Shown here one piece after another: positions 38,619 through 49,001 of a stretch of 64,000 nucleotides of DNA. The DNA is from a plasmid. The first letter of the stretch is position 1, and each line of letters begins with the position of its first letter. Under the pieces are notes generated by a model. That model searched no databases and was not told the origin of the DNA. It saw only the letters and a program-made list of their open reading frames with translations. The stretch lies in sequence record NZ_CP071296.1, one strand, 5' to 3'. Position numbers and translations under genes: made by a program.

Positions 38619-40544
38619 TCAATGTAAGTTGATTTTATTAAACATATGCCTTACTTTGTCTATTCTATTATTTGGACGACGTGGTTGGAAAGCAGACTTA
38701 ATGTTAGTAACCTGATAACCTTTTAACTCTGTTAAACAGACACTGCGTCCATTTGTAAAGAAAGTTAAACTGTTTCGATACTCTTGAATACAACGGGCTG
38801 GAATTTCACCAATGAGAATGACCTCGTTACCTTTTAACTTAGTATTTAAAATATTTGCACAATATTTGGAAGCATCATTATATGCTCTCGAAAGATATTC
38901 TTGTGGTACATAAATTTCGAAGCTAAGATATGGCTCTAATAACTCTGTACCACTCTTTCTAAAAGCCTGCTCTAGTACAATAGGCGCAAGCATTCGGAAA
39001 TCTGCTGGCGTACTGACAGGGCTGTAATATAGACCATACTTAAAACAGATCTTACAGTCTGTTAATTTCCAACCGTACAATCCTTGTTCACACCCATAGC
39101 GTATACCTTCCATAACTGCATTTTGAAATGATTGATTTAAATAACCTAGAGAAACCAGGCTCTCATACTGAATGCCACTACCCAAAGGAAGTGGTGTTAC
39201 AGATAAACCAATAGAAGCCCAGAAAGGATTTGGAGGTACTTCGATATCAATGGTAAATTCAGATTTTTTTAATGGTCTTTCCATATAAATGACAGTTGGT
39301 TTTCTTGTTTCTATCTCAATATGATATTTTTCTTGAATCAGAGTACAAGTTACCTCCATTTGGACCTCACCTAAAAAAGATAGCACAATTTCGTGAGTTA
39401 CTGTATCTACATAATATTGTAGAAGGGGATCACTATCGGATATTTCAAAAAGTGCATCTAGTAACTTTTCTCTTTGTACTGATTTACATGGTTCAATTGT
39501 TGTTTGTAACATAGGAAGAGGATTCTCAAGAATTTCTCTATGTGGTAATCTTTTTTTATCTCCAAGTACGTTATTTAGTTTTAAAAGCTCATTTTTTAAA
39601 ATAATAATCTCACCAGGCTCTGCCTTATCTATCTGGCGTAATTCTCCATTTATTGAAGTATACATTTCTGTAACTTTTATTTTTTCCTTTTCTGATATAT
39701 TGACTGAGTCTCGCAAATGTAGCGTTCCACTATAAAGACGTACATAGACAAGCCGTTGACCATCATCTGAATATTCTACTTTAAAAACATTTCCACAAAG
39801 TTTATCTGAATTGAGTTGTGTGGGTGAAAATAATTTGCTAGTAATTACCTCTATAAGTTGTTTAATTCCAATATTATTCTTTGCACTTCCGTGATAAACA
39901 GGATATAAGGAGCAACTTTGAATTCTTTCGTTTTCCTCCTTTTCAAGTTCTGCAATATTCAATGTTTTCCCAATGGTATATTTTTCTAATAAATAATCAT
40001 TTCCCACAATTACTGTCTCCCATTGTTCTGGTTCAGTATAATCTATTACATAAGGTTTCAAATTTAGATTCACAGTCTGCTTAATTATGATGTCGTCAGA
40101 AAGTTTGTCCTTAATATCTTGATAAACATCTGGCAAATTTATTCCATTTTGATCAATTTTGTTAATAAAAAATATTATAGGTATGTTCATCTTTCTAAGT
40201 GCATGGAATAGTATACGAGTTTGTGACTGTACTCCATCTTTTGCAGAGATTAGCAAAATAGCTCCATCCAAAACAGATAATGAACGGTATACATCTGCCA
40301 AAAAATCCATGTGTCCAGGAGTATCTACAATATTTACTTTAACATTTTCCCGTTGAAAAGATGTTATTGCGGTCTGAATAGTAATACCTCTCTGGCGTTC
40401 CAAAAACATAGTATCCGTTTTCGTTGTACCGCTATCTACACTTCCTAACTCTTTAATTGCTCCGCTACTGTATAGTAAGCTTTCTGTCAAAGTAGTTTTT
40501 CCTGCATCAACATGTGCTAAGATACCGATATTAATAATTTTCAA
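38619..40544 (-). CDS. tet(S): Ribosomal protection tetracycline resistance protein Tet(S) (641 aa from the TTG start)
   Basis: Translational GTPase ([14 protein letters not shown]). Sequence is highly similar to but distinct from Tet(M). GGAGGAAATAAAA RBS upstream of TTG ([11 protein letters not shown]). Confidence 0.85.
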   Translation of the reverse strand: MKIINIGILAHVDAGKTTLTESLLYSSGAIKELGSVDSGTTKTDTMFLERQRGITIQTAITSFQRENVKVNIVDTPGHMDFLADVYRSLSVLDGAILLISAKDGVQSQTRILFHALRKMNIPIIFFINKIDQNGINLPDVYQDIKDKLSDDIIIKQTVNLNLKPYVIDYTEPEQWETVIVGNDYLLEKYTIGKTLNIAELEKEENERIQSCSLYPVYHGSAKNNIGIKQLIEVITSKLFSPTQLNSDKLCGNVFKVEYSDDGQRLVYVRLYSGTLHLRDSVNISEKEKIKVTEMYTSINGELRQIDKAEPGEIIILKNELLKLNNVLGDKKRLPHREILENPLPMLQTTIEPCKSVQREKLLDALFEISDSDPLLQYYVDTVTHEIVLSFLGEVQMEVTCTLIQEKYHIEIETRKPTVIYMERPLKKSEFTIDIEVPPNPFWASIGLSVTPLPLGSGIQYESLVSLGYLNQSFQNAVMEGIRYGCEQGLYGWKLTDCKICFKYGLYYSPVSTPADFRMLAPIVLEQAFRKSGTELLEPYLSFEIYVPQEYLSRAYNDASKYCANILNTKLKGNEVILIGEIPARCIQEYRNSLTFFTNGRSVCLTELKGYQVTNIKSAFQPRRPNNRIDKVRHMFNKINLH

Positions 40545-40701
40545 TTTTATTTCCTCCATTCAAAAGCTCAAAAAGCAGAAAAAATCCCAGTGATAAATAC
40601 TCTTATCACTGGGATTTTAATACAAAAATAGCTGTATACTACACACTGATAGCCACAGATGCTTTATGATAAAATGATAAAAGTATTCTTAAACTGGGCA
40701 C
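40545..40701 (-). promoter_or_regulatory. Tn916-like tet leader: short leader ORF (~20 codons) plus an attenuator hairpin/terminator
   Basis: Minus-strand hairpin AATCCCAGTGATAAgagtatttTTATCACTGGGATT followed by a T-tract, ~20 nt upstream of the tet(S) RBS. Upstream is a small ORF VPSLRILLSFYHKASVAISV and a second hairpin TCCTTATTTaaAATAAGGA. Confidence 0.5.
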
Positions 40702-41387
40702 AAAAAACCAGTCCTTATTTTAAATAAGGATGCTTAATTAATTATTCCCGCTATCTAATTGACAGTTTATTTAAGAATACCTTGCCGCATTTTTATTATC
40801 TCCTTTTGAATGTTATCTTAATTCTATCATATGATAGAATGCTTGTAAAGCCAACCATATTTTTTGAACGAAAGGGAAATTAATGAGAAATTAATGGAAG
40901 TTAGTGTAGTAGTTGAAGATAACTCTTCAGAATGGCTATCAAAATTCAGCGATTTAATAACGATTTACAAGTTCATAAGGGATTCTTTATTCATCCAGCT
41001 ATTATATTACTTTTCAGGTCAATAGGACAACTGTCCACAACCTTTCTACAAATATATTACGTATAATTTTTGAAATATATACTGCTTAACAAAATATTTT
41101 GCAGTGGTTCCAATAGTTTTGAATTGTTAATATTAAGTTTGACTTGGAAAATATCATTAAAAGTTATACTGTTTATTTGGAAAAAATTGGAGAGACCTTT
41201 TTAAGTAATGTAATGAAAATAGTTATAAGTTAGAATAAAGGTGAATTTGCTTATACTTCTCATAGAAGGTTGATTTCACGCTATATTTTGGATTATTTAT
41301 GCTAAATCATTATAAGTTTGCTATAGTGACATACAATTTTTTTTGCTTATACTAAATATTCAAGTATTGTTTTCATCTTAATATTCT

Positions 41388-41588
41388 TTATTCATTCATT
41401 ATTATTTTCCAGTTATCCTTCTTCTCTAAAGTTAATTGGTATTGGGAAATATTTTCAATCTTTGTTTCATTGTCTAAATATCGAACGGCTATTTTTACTA
41501 GATACTGTTTCTCTTTCTTCTGAATAATTGGATTCACCAACTCAGAGTAAATAAAGTTTTGACTGATTATTGGTAAAACATCTTCCAT
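41388..41588 (-). CDS. Hypothetical small protein (~66 aa)
   Basis: ORF MMEDVLPIISQNFIY...; the upstream reading frame continues into the IS IR, so the context is uncertain. Confidence 0.25.
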   Translation of the reverse strand: MEDVLPIISQNFIYSELVNPIIQKKEKQYLVKIAVRYLDNETKIENISQYQLTLEKKDNWKIIMNE

Positions 41589-41599
41589 CATATAATAAT

Positions 41600-42409
41600 C
41601 GGTTCTGTTGCAAAGTTTTAAATCTACTATCAAATAAGGTAGAATAATAGAAAAAGATAGCAGGAGGAATGACGATGAATCATTTTAAAGGAAAGCAATT
41701 TCAGCAGGATGTGATTATTGTAGCCGTGGGCTACTATCTTCGTTATAACCTTAGCTATCGTGAAGTTCAAGAAATCTTATATGATCGTGGCATTAACGTT
41801 TCTCATACGACGATTTATCGTTGGGTGCAAGAATATGGCAAACTACTCTATCAAATTTGGAAAAAGAAAAATAAAAAATCCTTTTATTCCTGGAAAATGG
41901 ATGAAACGTACATCAAAATTAAAGGAAAATGGCATTATTTGTATCGAGCCATCGATGCAGATGGTTTAACCTTGGATATTTGGTTACGTAAAAAACGGGA
42001 CACACAAGCAGCCTATGCTTTTCTTAAGCGGTTAGTGAAGCAGTTTGATGAACCGAAGGTTGTAGTCACAGATAAAGCCCCCTCTATTACAAGTGCCTTT
42101 AAGAAACTAAAAGAATACGGCTTTTATCAAGGGACAGAACATCGTACCATTAAATACCTGAATAATTTGATTGAACAAGACCATCGTCCAGTAAAGAGAC
42201 GCAATAAATTCTATCGAAGTTTACGCACTGCCTCACCCACGATTAAAGGCATGGAAGCCATCCGAGGATTATATAAGAAAACCCGAAAAGAAGGCACTCT
42301 CTTCGGGTTTTCGGTCTGTACTGAAATCAAGGTATTATTGGGAATCCCAGCTTAAATTATAGATACCGTAAGGGATTTTATTCTTTATTTAAAACTTTGC
42401 AACAGAACC
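41600..42409 (+). mobile_element. IS6-family insertion sequence IS1216-type, copy 5
   Basis: IRs as in copy 1. No TSD. Confidence 0.85.
41669..42355 (+). CDS. IS1216-type transposase (228 aa)
   Basis: Identical to copy 1 except for M/T at residue 2. Confidence 0.9.
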   Translation: MTMNHFKGKQFQQDVIIVAVGYYLRYNLSYREVQEILYDRGINVSHTTIYRWVQEYGKLLYQIWKKKNKKSFYSWKMDETYIKIKGKWHYLYRAIDADGLTLDIWLRKKRDTQAAYAFLKRLVKQFDEPKVVVTDKAPSITSAFKKLKEYGFYQGTEHRTIKYLNNLIEQDHRPVKRRNKFYRSLRTASPTIKGMEAIRGLYKKTRKEGTLFGFSVCTEIKVLLGIPA

Positions 42410-42974
42410 CCTTTTAGTCCAGCTGATTTCACTTTTTGCATTCTACAAACTGCATAACTCATATGTAAATCGCTCCTTTTTAGGTGGCACAAATGTGAGG
42501 CATTTTCGCTCTTTCCGGCAACCACTTCCAAGTAAAGTATAACACACTATACTTTATATTCATAAAGTGTGTGCTCTGCGAGGCTGTCGGCAGTGCCGAC
42601 CAAAACCATAAAACCTTTAAGACCTTTCTTTTTTTTACGAGAAAAAAGAAACAAAAAAACCTGCCCTCTGCCACCTCAGCAAAGGGGGGTTTTGCTCTCG
42701 TGCTCGTTTAAAAATCAGCAAGGGACAGGTAGTATTTTTTGAGAAGATCACTCAAAAAATCTCCACCTTTAAACCCTTGCCAATTTTTATTTTGTCCGTT
42801 TTGTCTAGCTTACCGAAAGCCAGACTCAGCAAGAATAAAATTTTTATTGTCTTTCGGTTTTCTAGTGTAACGGACAAAACCACTCAAAATAAAAAAGATA
42901 CAAGAGAGGTCTCTCGTATCTTTTATTCAGCAATCGCGCCCTTTAATGGAACAAAAAGATTTGAATTCCTGTTA

Positions 42975-43016
42975 TAAAAAAAGGATCAATTTTGAACTCT
43001 CTCCCAAAGTTGATCC
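42975..43016 (-). terminator. Hairpin plus T-tract terminator downstream of tet(L)
   Basis: Minus strand: GGATCAA..(loop)..TTGATCC followed by TTTTTTT. Confidence 0.4.
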
Positions 43017-43025
43017 CTTAACGAT

Positions 43026-44399
43026 TTAGAAATCCCTTTGAGAATGTTTATATACATTCAAGGTAACCAGCCAACTAATGACAATGATTCCTGAAAAAAG
43101 TAATAACAAATTACTATACAGATAAGTTGACTGATCAACTTCCATAGGTAACAACCTTTGATCAAGTAAGGGTATGGATAATAAACCACCTACAATTGCA
43201 ATACCTGTTCCCTCTGATAAAAAGCTGGTAAAGTTAAGCAAACTCATTCCAGCACCAGCTTCCTGCTGTTTCAAGCTACTTGAAACAATTGTTGATATAA
43301 CTGTTTTGGTGAACGAAAGCCCACCTAAAACAAATACGATTATAATTGTCATGAACCATGATGTTGTTTCTAAAAGAAAGGAAGCAGTTAAAAAGCTAAC
43401 AGAAAGAAATGTAACTCCGATGTTTAACACGTATAAAGGACCTCTTCTATCAACAAGTATCCCACCAATGTAGCCGAAAATAATGACACTCATTGTTCCA
43501 GGGAAAATAATTACACTTCCGATTTCGGCAGTACTTAGCTGGTGAACATCTTTCATCATATAAGGAACCATAGAGACAAACCCTGCTACTGTTCCAAATA
43601 TAATTCCCCCACAAAGAACTCCAATCATAAAAGGTATATTTTTCCCTAATCCGGGATCAACAAAAGGATCTGTTACTTTCCTGATATGTTTTACAAATAT
43701 CAGGAATGACAGCACGCTAACGATAAGAAAAGAAATGCTATATGATGTTGTAAACAACATAAAAAATACAATGCCTACAGACATTAGTATAATTCCTTTG
43801 ATATCAAAATGACCTTTTATCCTTACTTCTTTCTTTAATAATTTCATAAGAAACGGAACAGTGATAATTGTTATCATAGGAATGAGTAGAAGATAGGACC
43901 AATGAATATAATGGGCTATCATTCCACCAATCGCTGGACCGACTCCTTCTCCCATGGCTACTATCGATCCAATAAGACCAAATGCTTTACCCCTATTTTC
44001 CTTTGGAATATAGCGCGCAACTACAACCATTACGAGTGCTGGAAATGCAGCTGCACCAGCCCCTTGAATAAAACGAGCCATAATAAGTAAGGAAAAGAAA
44101 GAATGGCCAACAAACCCAATTACCGACCCGAAACAATTTATTATAATTCCAAATAGGAGTAACCTTTTGATGCCTAATTGATCAGATAGCTTTCCATATA
44201 CAGCTGTTCCAATGGAAAAGGTTAACATAAAGGCTGTGTTCACCCAGTTTGTACTCGCAGGTGGTTTATTAAAATCATTTGCAATATCAGGTAATGAGAC
44301 GTTCAAAACCATTTCATTTAATACGCTAAAAAAAGATAAAATGCAAAGCCAAATTAAAATTTGGTTGTATTGAACCCTGTTACATTCATTACACTTCAT
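43026..44399 (-). CDS. tet(L): Tetracycline efflux MFS transporter Tet(L) (457 aa)
   Basis: From residue ~14 onward ([32 protein letters not shown]...) it matches Tet(L) as recalled. The N-terminal 13 aa ([13 protein letters not shown]) differ from the recalled MNTSYSQSNLRHNQ. Confidence 0.85.
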   Translation of the reverse strand: MKCNECNRVQYNQILIWLCILSFFSVLNEMVLNVSLPDIANDFNKPPASTNWVNTAFMLTFSIGTAVYGKLSDQLGIKRLLLFGIIINCFGSVIGFVGHSFFSLLIMARFIQGAGAAAFPALVMVVVARYIPKENRGKAFGLIGSIVAMGEGVGPAIGGMIAHYIHWSYLLLIPMITIITVPFLMKLLKKEVRIKGHFDIKGIILMSVGIVFFMLFTTSYSISFLIVSVLSFLIFVKHIRKVTDPFVDPGLGKNIPFMIGVLCGGIIFGTVAGFVSMVPYMMKDVHQLSTAEIGSVIIFPGTMSVIIFGYIGGILVDRRGPLYVLNIGVTFLSVSFLTASFLLETTSWFMTIIIVFVLGGLSFTKTVISTIVSSSLKQQEAGAGMSLLNFTSFLSEGTGIAIVGGLLSIPLLDQRLLPMEVDQSTYLYSNLLLLFSGIIVISWLVTLNVYKHSQRDF

Positions 44400-44457
44400 A
44401 ATTAATTCCTCCTAAACTTGATTAAAACATTTTACCACATATAAACTAAGTTTTAAA

Positions 44458-45266
44458 GGTTCTGTTGCAAAGTTTTAAATCTACTATCAAATAAGGTAGA
44501 ATAATAGAAAAAGATAGCAGGAGGAATGACGATGAATCATTTTAAAGGAAAGCAATTTCAGCAGGATGTGATTATTGTAGCCGTGGGCTACTATCTTCGT
44601 TATAACCTTAGCTATCGTGAAGTTCAAGAAATCTTATATGATCGTGGCATTAACGTTTCTCATACGACGATTTATCGTTGGGTGCAAGAATATGGCAAAC
44701 TACTCTATCAAATTTGGAAAAAGAAAAATAAAAAATCCTTTTATTCCTGGAAAATGGATGAAACGTACATCAAAATTAAAGGAAAATGGCATTATTTGTA
44801 TCGAGCCATCGATGCAGATGGTTTAACCTTGGATATTTGGTTACGTAAAAAACGGGACACACAAGCAGCCTATGCTTTTCTTAAGCGGTTAGTGAAGCAG
44901 TTTGATGAACCGAAGGTTGTAGTCACAGATAAAGCACCATCAATTGCTAGTGCCTTTAAGAAACTAAAAGAATACGGATTTTATCAAGGGACAGAACATC
45001 GTACCATTAAATACCTGAATAATTTGATTGAACAAGACCATCGTCCAGTAAAGAGACGCAATAAATTCTATCGAAGTTTACGCACTGCCTCACCCACGAT
45101 TAAAGGCATGGAAGCCATCCGAGGATTATATAAGAAAACCCGAAAAGAAGGCACTCTCTTCGGGTTTTCGGTCTGTACTGAAATCAAGGTATTATTGGGA
45201 ATCCCAGATTAAATCATAGATACCGTAAGGGATTTTATTCTTTATTTAAAACTTTGCAACAGAACC
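44458..45266 (+). mobile_element. IS6-family insertion sequence IS1216-type, copy 6 (carries a short ISS1-like patch)
   Basis: IRs at 44458 and ending 45266. Transposase residues SIASAFKK and the matching DNA (aaagcaccatcaattgctagtgcc) equal copy 2 (7712..8520) rather than IS1216. No TSD. Confidence 0.85.
44526..45212 (+). CDS. IS1216-type transposase (228 aa, C-terminal GIPD variant)
   Basis: IS6 transposase homolog. Confidence 0.9.
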   Translation: MTMNHFKGKQFQQDVIIVAVGYYLRYNLSYREVQEILYDRGINVSHTTIYRWVQEYGKLLYQIWKKKNKKSFYSWKMDETYIKIKGKWHYLYRAIDADGLTLDIWLRKKRDTQAAYAFLKRLVKQFDEPKVVVTDKAPSIASAFKKLKEYGFYQGTEHRTIKYLNNLIEQDHRPVKRRNKFYRSLRTASPTIKGMEAIRGLYKKTRKEGTLFGFSVCTEIKVLLGIPD

Positions 45267-45526
45267 CATGATAAGCCCTCCATTTAAAAATTGACAATGG
45301 ACAACCCGAGGGAAGGTTACTTACACAAAAAGTGCTACGGAATACCGACCGTATATTGTTTTTATGTCTCTATAAAATTATCATATTAATTAACTAATTT
45401 CTAGTTTCTAATTTTTTTATGGTTTTTACTAGTCATAACTTAACAGTTTTGAGCTCTTTTTGTGTATACTATAAATAAAGAGATTTCAACAGCTCATAAC
45501 TAGGGGTTATAAATAGAGGAGAAATT

Positions 45527-46093
45527 ATGAAATTTGGATATGCTCGAGTGAGTACAACGGATCAAAAATTAGAAAGTCAAATTGAAAATTTAAAAGCTGC
45601 AGGGGCAGAAAAAATTTATCAAGAAAAATTTACTGGGACAACAACAGAACGACCAGAATTTCAAAAATTACTTGGCCAGCTGAAAAAAGATGATATGCTT
45701 ATTGTGACGAAATTGGACCGATTTGCAAGAAATACTCGAGAAGCTTTGGAAATCATTCAGCATCTATTCCAGAATGATATAAAAGTGCATATCTTAAACA
45801 TGGGGATTATTGATAACACTCCCACAGGTCAGCTTATCTTCACGATTTTTAGTGCATTTGCGCAGTTTGAAAGAGATATGATAGTTAACCGTACGAGTGA
45901 GGGGAAAAAATATGCCAGGGATAACGACCCATCATTTAAAGAAGGGCGTCCTCGAAAATTTACTGAAGAACAAATTATTTTTGCTTTTGAACTGAAGAAG
46001 CAGGGGATGACTTATAAAATGATTGAGCGAAAAACTGGGATTAGCATTGCGACGCAAAAAAGAAGGTTTAGTAAACTTACGACCAAAGAGTAA
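45527..46093 (+). CDS. Serine recombinase (resolvase/invertase family)
   Basis: Catalytic-serine N-terminus [13 protein letters not shown] and a C-terminal HTH. Confidence 0.8.
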   Translation: MKFGYARVSTTDQKLESQIENLKAAGAEKIYQEKFTGTTTERPEFQKLLGQLKKDDMLIVTKLDRFARNTREALEIIQHLFQNDIKVHILNMGIIDNTPTGQLIFTIFSAFAQFERDMIVNRTSEGKKYARDNDPSFKEGRPRKFTEEQIIFAFELKKQGMTYKMIERKTGISIATQKRRFSKLTTKE

Positions 46094-46169
46094 ATTCTAT
46101 AATGATACAATCAGGTTAATGAATAGTAGATAAGGAAGTTTTTCGTCGGTTTTGTTTGCTATTAAAATA

Positions 46170-46214
46170 AAAAAGCAACTAATTGATAAAAAAATCAACT
46201 TGTTGCTTTTTTTG
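46170..46214 (+). terminator. Rho-independent terminator
   Basis: AAGCAACtaattgataaaaaaatcaactTGTTGCTTttttttt. Confidence 0.6.
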
Positions 46215-46346
46215 TGAGTACATGTGCACTATTTTATTACTTTAATTACGATATCAAGGGAGAGCCTTCCAATATTATAAACTAATTAGCGGAGATCTAT
46301 AATCCAGATTTTCTACAAGATAAACTGCAGAGCTGAGCGAAAATTA

Positions 46347-47225
46347 CTAATTTAATAGTCCTTGATATACACGTTCAAAAATTTTTCTATTAAATTCAAT
46401 CAAAAAATTAAAATCTATTCTTTGATTCGAAGGTATCTGAGGTATAACTTTACTGTTATAATCTGTTTCTAATCTTTGGAGGAGTTCCTGGGAAGGATTG
46501 ATAAATTCCTTGATTAAATCAATCGGGACAAGTTTAATATCAAACATTTTTCTAATAATAGCTATATTATCAATCGAATCAATATTCATGAAATATTCTG
46601 GTTTACTCGTGAGAGTTGTATATATATCGTACAGATCTCTAGAGCGGGTTTTAGGTGAAGAAATCTCATAATCTGGCAATTGTTGACAGCTTGCACGAAT
46701 TTTTTCATCAACAATCATCAGTGGAGAATATATAAAAATATCAATGCCATCATAATTATATTGTTGCCTGTCTTCTGTTATTTCATCAAAACTTAAATCT
46801 ATACAAATTTTTTTTTGACTATTTTCAATAGATTCCGCATAAGCACCTGGATTCTTTTTTTGGGTTTCATTGAGTTGTTGAAATATTTCTTCTGAGATAA
46901 TCGTAAAAGTTACTGCATAGCCTCCCCAAAAAGGTGGGGTATTTTCTCCTCTTTTTGATGGTCTATGTTCAAACTTGAAATTAACTACTCTATATCCTAA
47001 GTTTAAAAAAGAACTGGAAATAACTTCAAGAAAAATAGGGCCATGTATTTCTTTGTCTAATCTTTTAGATTCAGCTATCGAAAAATCTAAATCTTGAGAT
47101 TGCCTTTGTGTAATTCCTAAAAGCTTTAAAGCATTGCCTCCTTTTAATGTAAGTAAGCTTGCCAAATCAGGATTAGAGAAAATAGCTGTTAAACATGTCA
47201 TTCGAATTTTATCTGGTGTAATCAT
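46347..47225 (-). CDS. Nucleotidyltransferase of the AbiEii/DUF1814 family (abortive-infection / type IV TA toxin-like)
   Basis: N-terminal motif LKGGNALKLLGITQRQSQDLDFSI matches the GGxAL...DLDF nucleotidyltransferase signature of AbiEii. Confidence 0.6.
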   Translation of the reverse strand: MITPDKIRMTCLTAIFSNPDLASLLTLKGGNALKLLGITQRQSQDLDFSIAESKRLDKEIHGPIFLEVISSSFLNLGYRVVNFKFEHRPSKRGENTPPFWGGYAVTFTIISEEIFQQLNETQKKNPGAYAESIENSQKKICIDLSFDEITEDRQQYNYDGIDIFIYSPLMIVDEKIRASCQQLPDYEISSPKTRSRDLYDIYTTLTSKPEYFMNIDSIDNIAIIRKMFDIKLVPIDLIKEFINPSQELLQRLETDYNSKVIPQIPSNQRIDFNFLIEFNRKIFERVYQGLLN

Positions 47226-47297
47226 TAAGTATCTCCATTGAAGTATGTATCTATTTTATCATAAATTCTATATTGGATTGTTATAGAAGAAAATTGA

Positions 47298-47411
47298 AGA
47301 TAAAATAATAGCTATAGTATATATACTATAGCTATCTTTATATTTGTAATTTTGCTATAATTTAGATAGAGATAAAATAATAGCTATAGTATATATACTA
47401 TAGCTATCTTT
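47298..47411. repeat. Two 42-bp direct repeats (47298-47339, 47370-47411), each containing the 28-bp perfect palindrome ATAGCTATAGTATATATACTATAGCTAT, in the divergent promoter region
   Basis: agataaaataatagctatagtatatatactatagctatcttt occurs twice, 72 bp apart, between two divergent genes. Confidence 0.85.
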
Positions 47412-47435
47412 TGAAAAATATATTTGGAGACTTTT

Positions 47436-48359
47436 ATGGATAAAGACCCATATCATTTGAAAGAAAATAAATATCTATTACAAGAACTAGGGCAAACTTT
47501 TGGAAATGTTCTCAATCGCACATCCATGATAAATTTTATAAAGAAAGCTAAAAATGAGTCAAACATCTCAAAAAATGTGAGTTTTGGTATTATGGTGAAA
47601 TATTTAGTAGATCATTTAGATTTATTTGATGAAATTCGAATTTACCCAGAAGGAAAAGAACCCATTTCAAGGTACGTTGCTAAATATTGTGTAGTTTCTC
47701 CATATGAAATTGCCCTTTCATTATTATCAAATTCTTTTTTATCGCATTATAGTGCTTTATATGTAAATGATTTAACAATAAATGAACCTAAAGATATATA
47801 TATAAATAGAGAGCAAACGGCAAAGCCTAAAAATGATTCTAATGCCAAGTTAACTCAAGGAAAAATTGATTATGCCTTTTCTAAACCAATGCGAAGAACA
47901 AATACCGTTTATTTATTTAGGTATAAGGGAGTAATGTATAATGTTTTTGTTTTAAATTCAAAGAATACAAAAAATACTGGTATTATAAAAAAGAAACCTG
48001 TAGGATTCTCTAAGGCTATAAGAGTAACTAATTTAGAAAGAACATTAGTAGATACTGTAGTACGGCCACAATATAGTGGAGGTTTTTCAGAAATACTTGA
48101 AGCATATAAGACAGCCTGCTTTGATGTAGATTTAAAACGTATCAACAAATATATTAAAAAATTTGATTATATTTATCCTTATGAAAAATCCATTCTTTTG
48201 TATCTTAAATACACTGAAAATCAGAAGTTATTTAACCAACTTAGGAATTTATGGATAGATAAAATTGAGGATGATTTAAATTTCTACTTAGACTATCAAA
48301 TGTTACAAACTGTACTTGACAAAGATTTAAATATTTATTATCCAAAAGACCTTAAATAA
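47436..48359 (+). CDS. Lys-rich putative regulator/antitoxin partner of the AbiEii-like gene (AbiEi-like, assigned by position only)
   Basis: Divergent from the nucleotidyltransferase gene. GGAGA RBS before ATG (MDKDPYHLKENK); the track ORF begins at an upstream TTG. Confidence 0.45.
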   Translation: MDKDPYHLKENKYLLQELGQTFGNVLNRTSMINFIKKAKNESNISKNVSFGIMVKYLVDHLDLFDEIRIYPEGKEPISRYVAKYCVVSPYEIALSLLSNSFLSHYSALYVNDLTINEPKDIYINREQTAKPKNDSNAKLTQGKIDYAFSKPMRRTNTVYLFRYKGVMYNVFVLNSKNTKNTGIIKKKPVGFSKAIRVTNLERTLVDTVVRPQYSGGFSEILEAYKTACFDVDLKRINKYIKKFDYIYPYEKSILLYLKYTENQKLFNQLRNLWIDKIEDDLNFYLDYQMLQTVLDKDLNIYYPKDLK

Positions 48360-48544
48360 TATAGGGCTGATTATCAAAAGAAGAATATATGTGTTAAAAA
48401 AAAAAACAAATTCTATATGTACAGGAACCATTGAATAAAAAACAACTTTCAGTAATATTTTGGTTTAATTGACAGTTGTTTTTTCTAAAAACGATATACT
48501 TCCTGTTATATCTATCTTTCTAATATATGTAAGAGTGGAGCTAT

Positions 48545-48895
48545 ACTATAAAAGTAGACACAAATATGTGTATTATAATCTGTCTAAGAAGACACAAAAA
48601 CGAAAGGACTTTTATGTCAGGCTTTAAACGTTACGACGAGGAATTTAAACAATCTCTTGTCACCCTCTACCAAACAGGTAAAACTCAATCTGAACTCTGT
48701 AAAGACTATGGAGTCTCCGTTTCTGCACTTGCAAAATGGATCAACCAGTACTCTCAAGTTCGTCTTGAAGATAATACAGTGTTGACTGCTAAACAGATTC
48801 AAGAATTGCAAAAACGCAATGCCCAATTAGAGGAAGAGAACTTTTTTAAGAAAATATAGTTCATTTTCTGTCTAATTATTTGACATTAGTCCAAT
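48545..48895 (+). mobile_element. IS3-family deletion derivative: left end plus orfA plus right end, with no orfB (~350 bp)
   Basis: Left end TATACTATAAAAGTAGACA (as at 60305) and right end TTTCTGTCTAATTATTTGACATTAGTCCA immediately after the orfA stop. Confidence 0.6.
48614..48859 (+). CDS. IS3-family transposase OrfA (HTH), from the deletion derivative
   Basis: MSGFKRYDEEFKQSLVTLYQTGKTQSELCKDYGVS...; 80% identical to the orfA at 60357. Confidence 0.7.
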   Translation: MSGFKRYDEEFKQSLVTLYQTGKTQSELCKDYGVSVSALAKWINQYSQVRLEDNTVLTAKQIQELQKRNAQLEEENFFKKI

Positions 48896-49001
48896 CTAGT
48901 ACAATATCATTTTGAGAAACAATATTGGTTCCTTTTTTCATCTGGCATTAGGTCTGGATCTTGTGTAGGATCAGAATCTATTGTGTCCTCTTTAGACCAT
49001 T

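Noticed and set aside
43174-44090. Plus-strand ORFs inside tet(L) (43174..43473, 43902..44090)
   Set aside because: They are antisense to the tet(L) coding sequence and are shadow ORFs.
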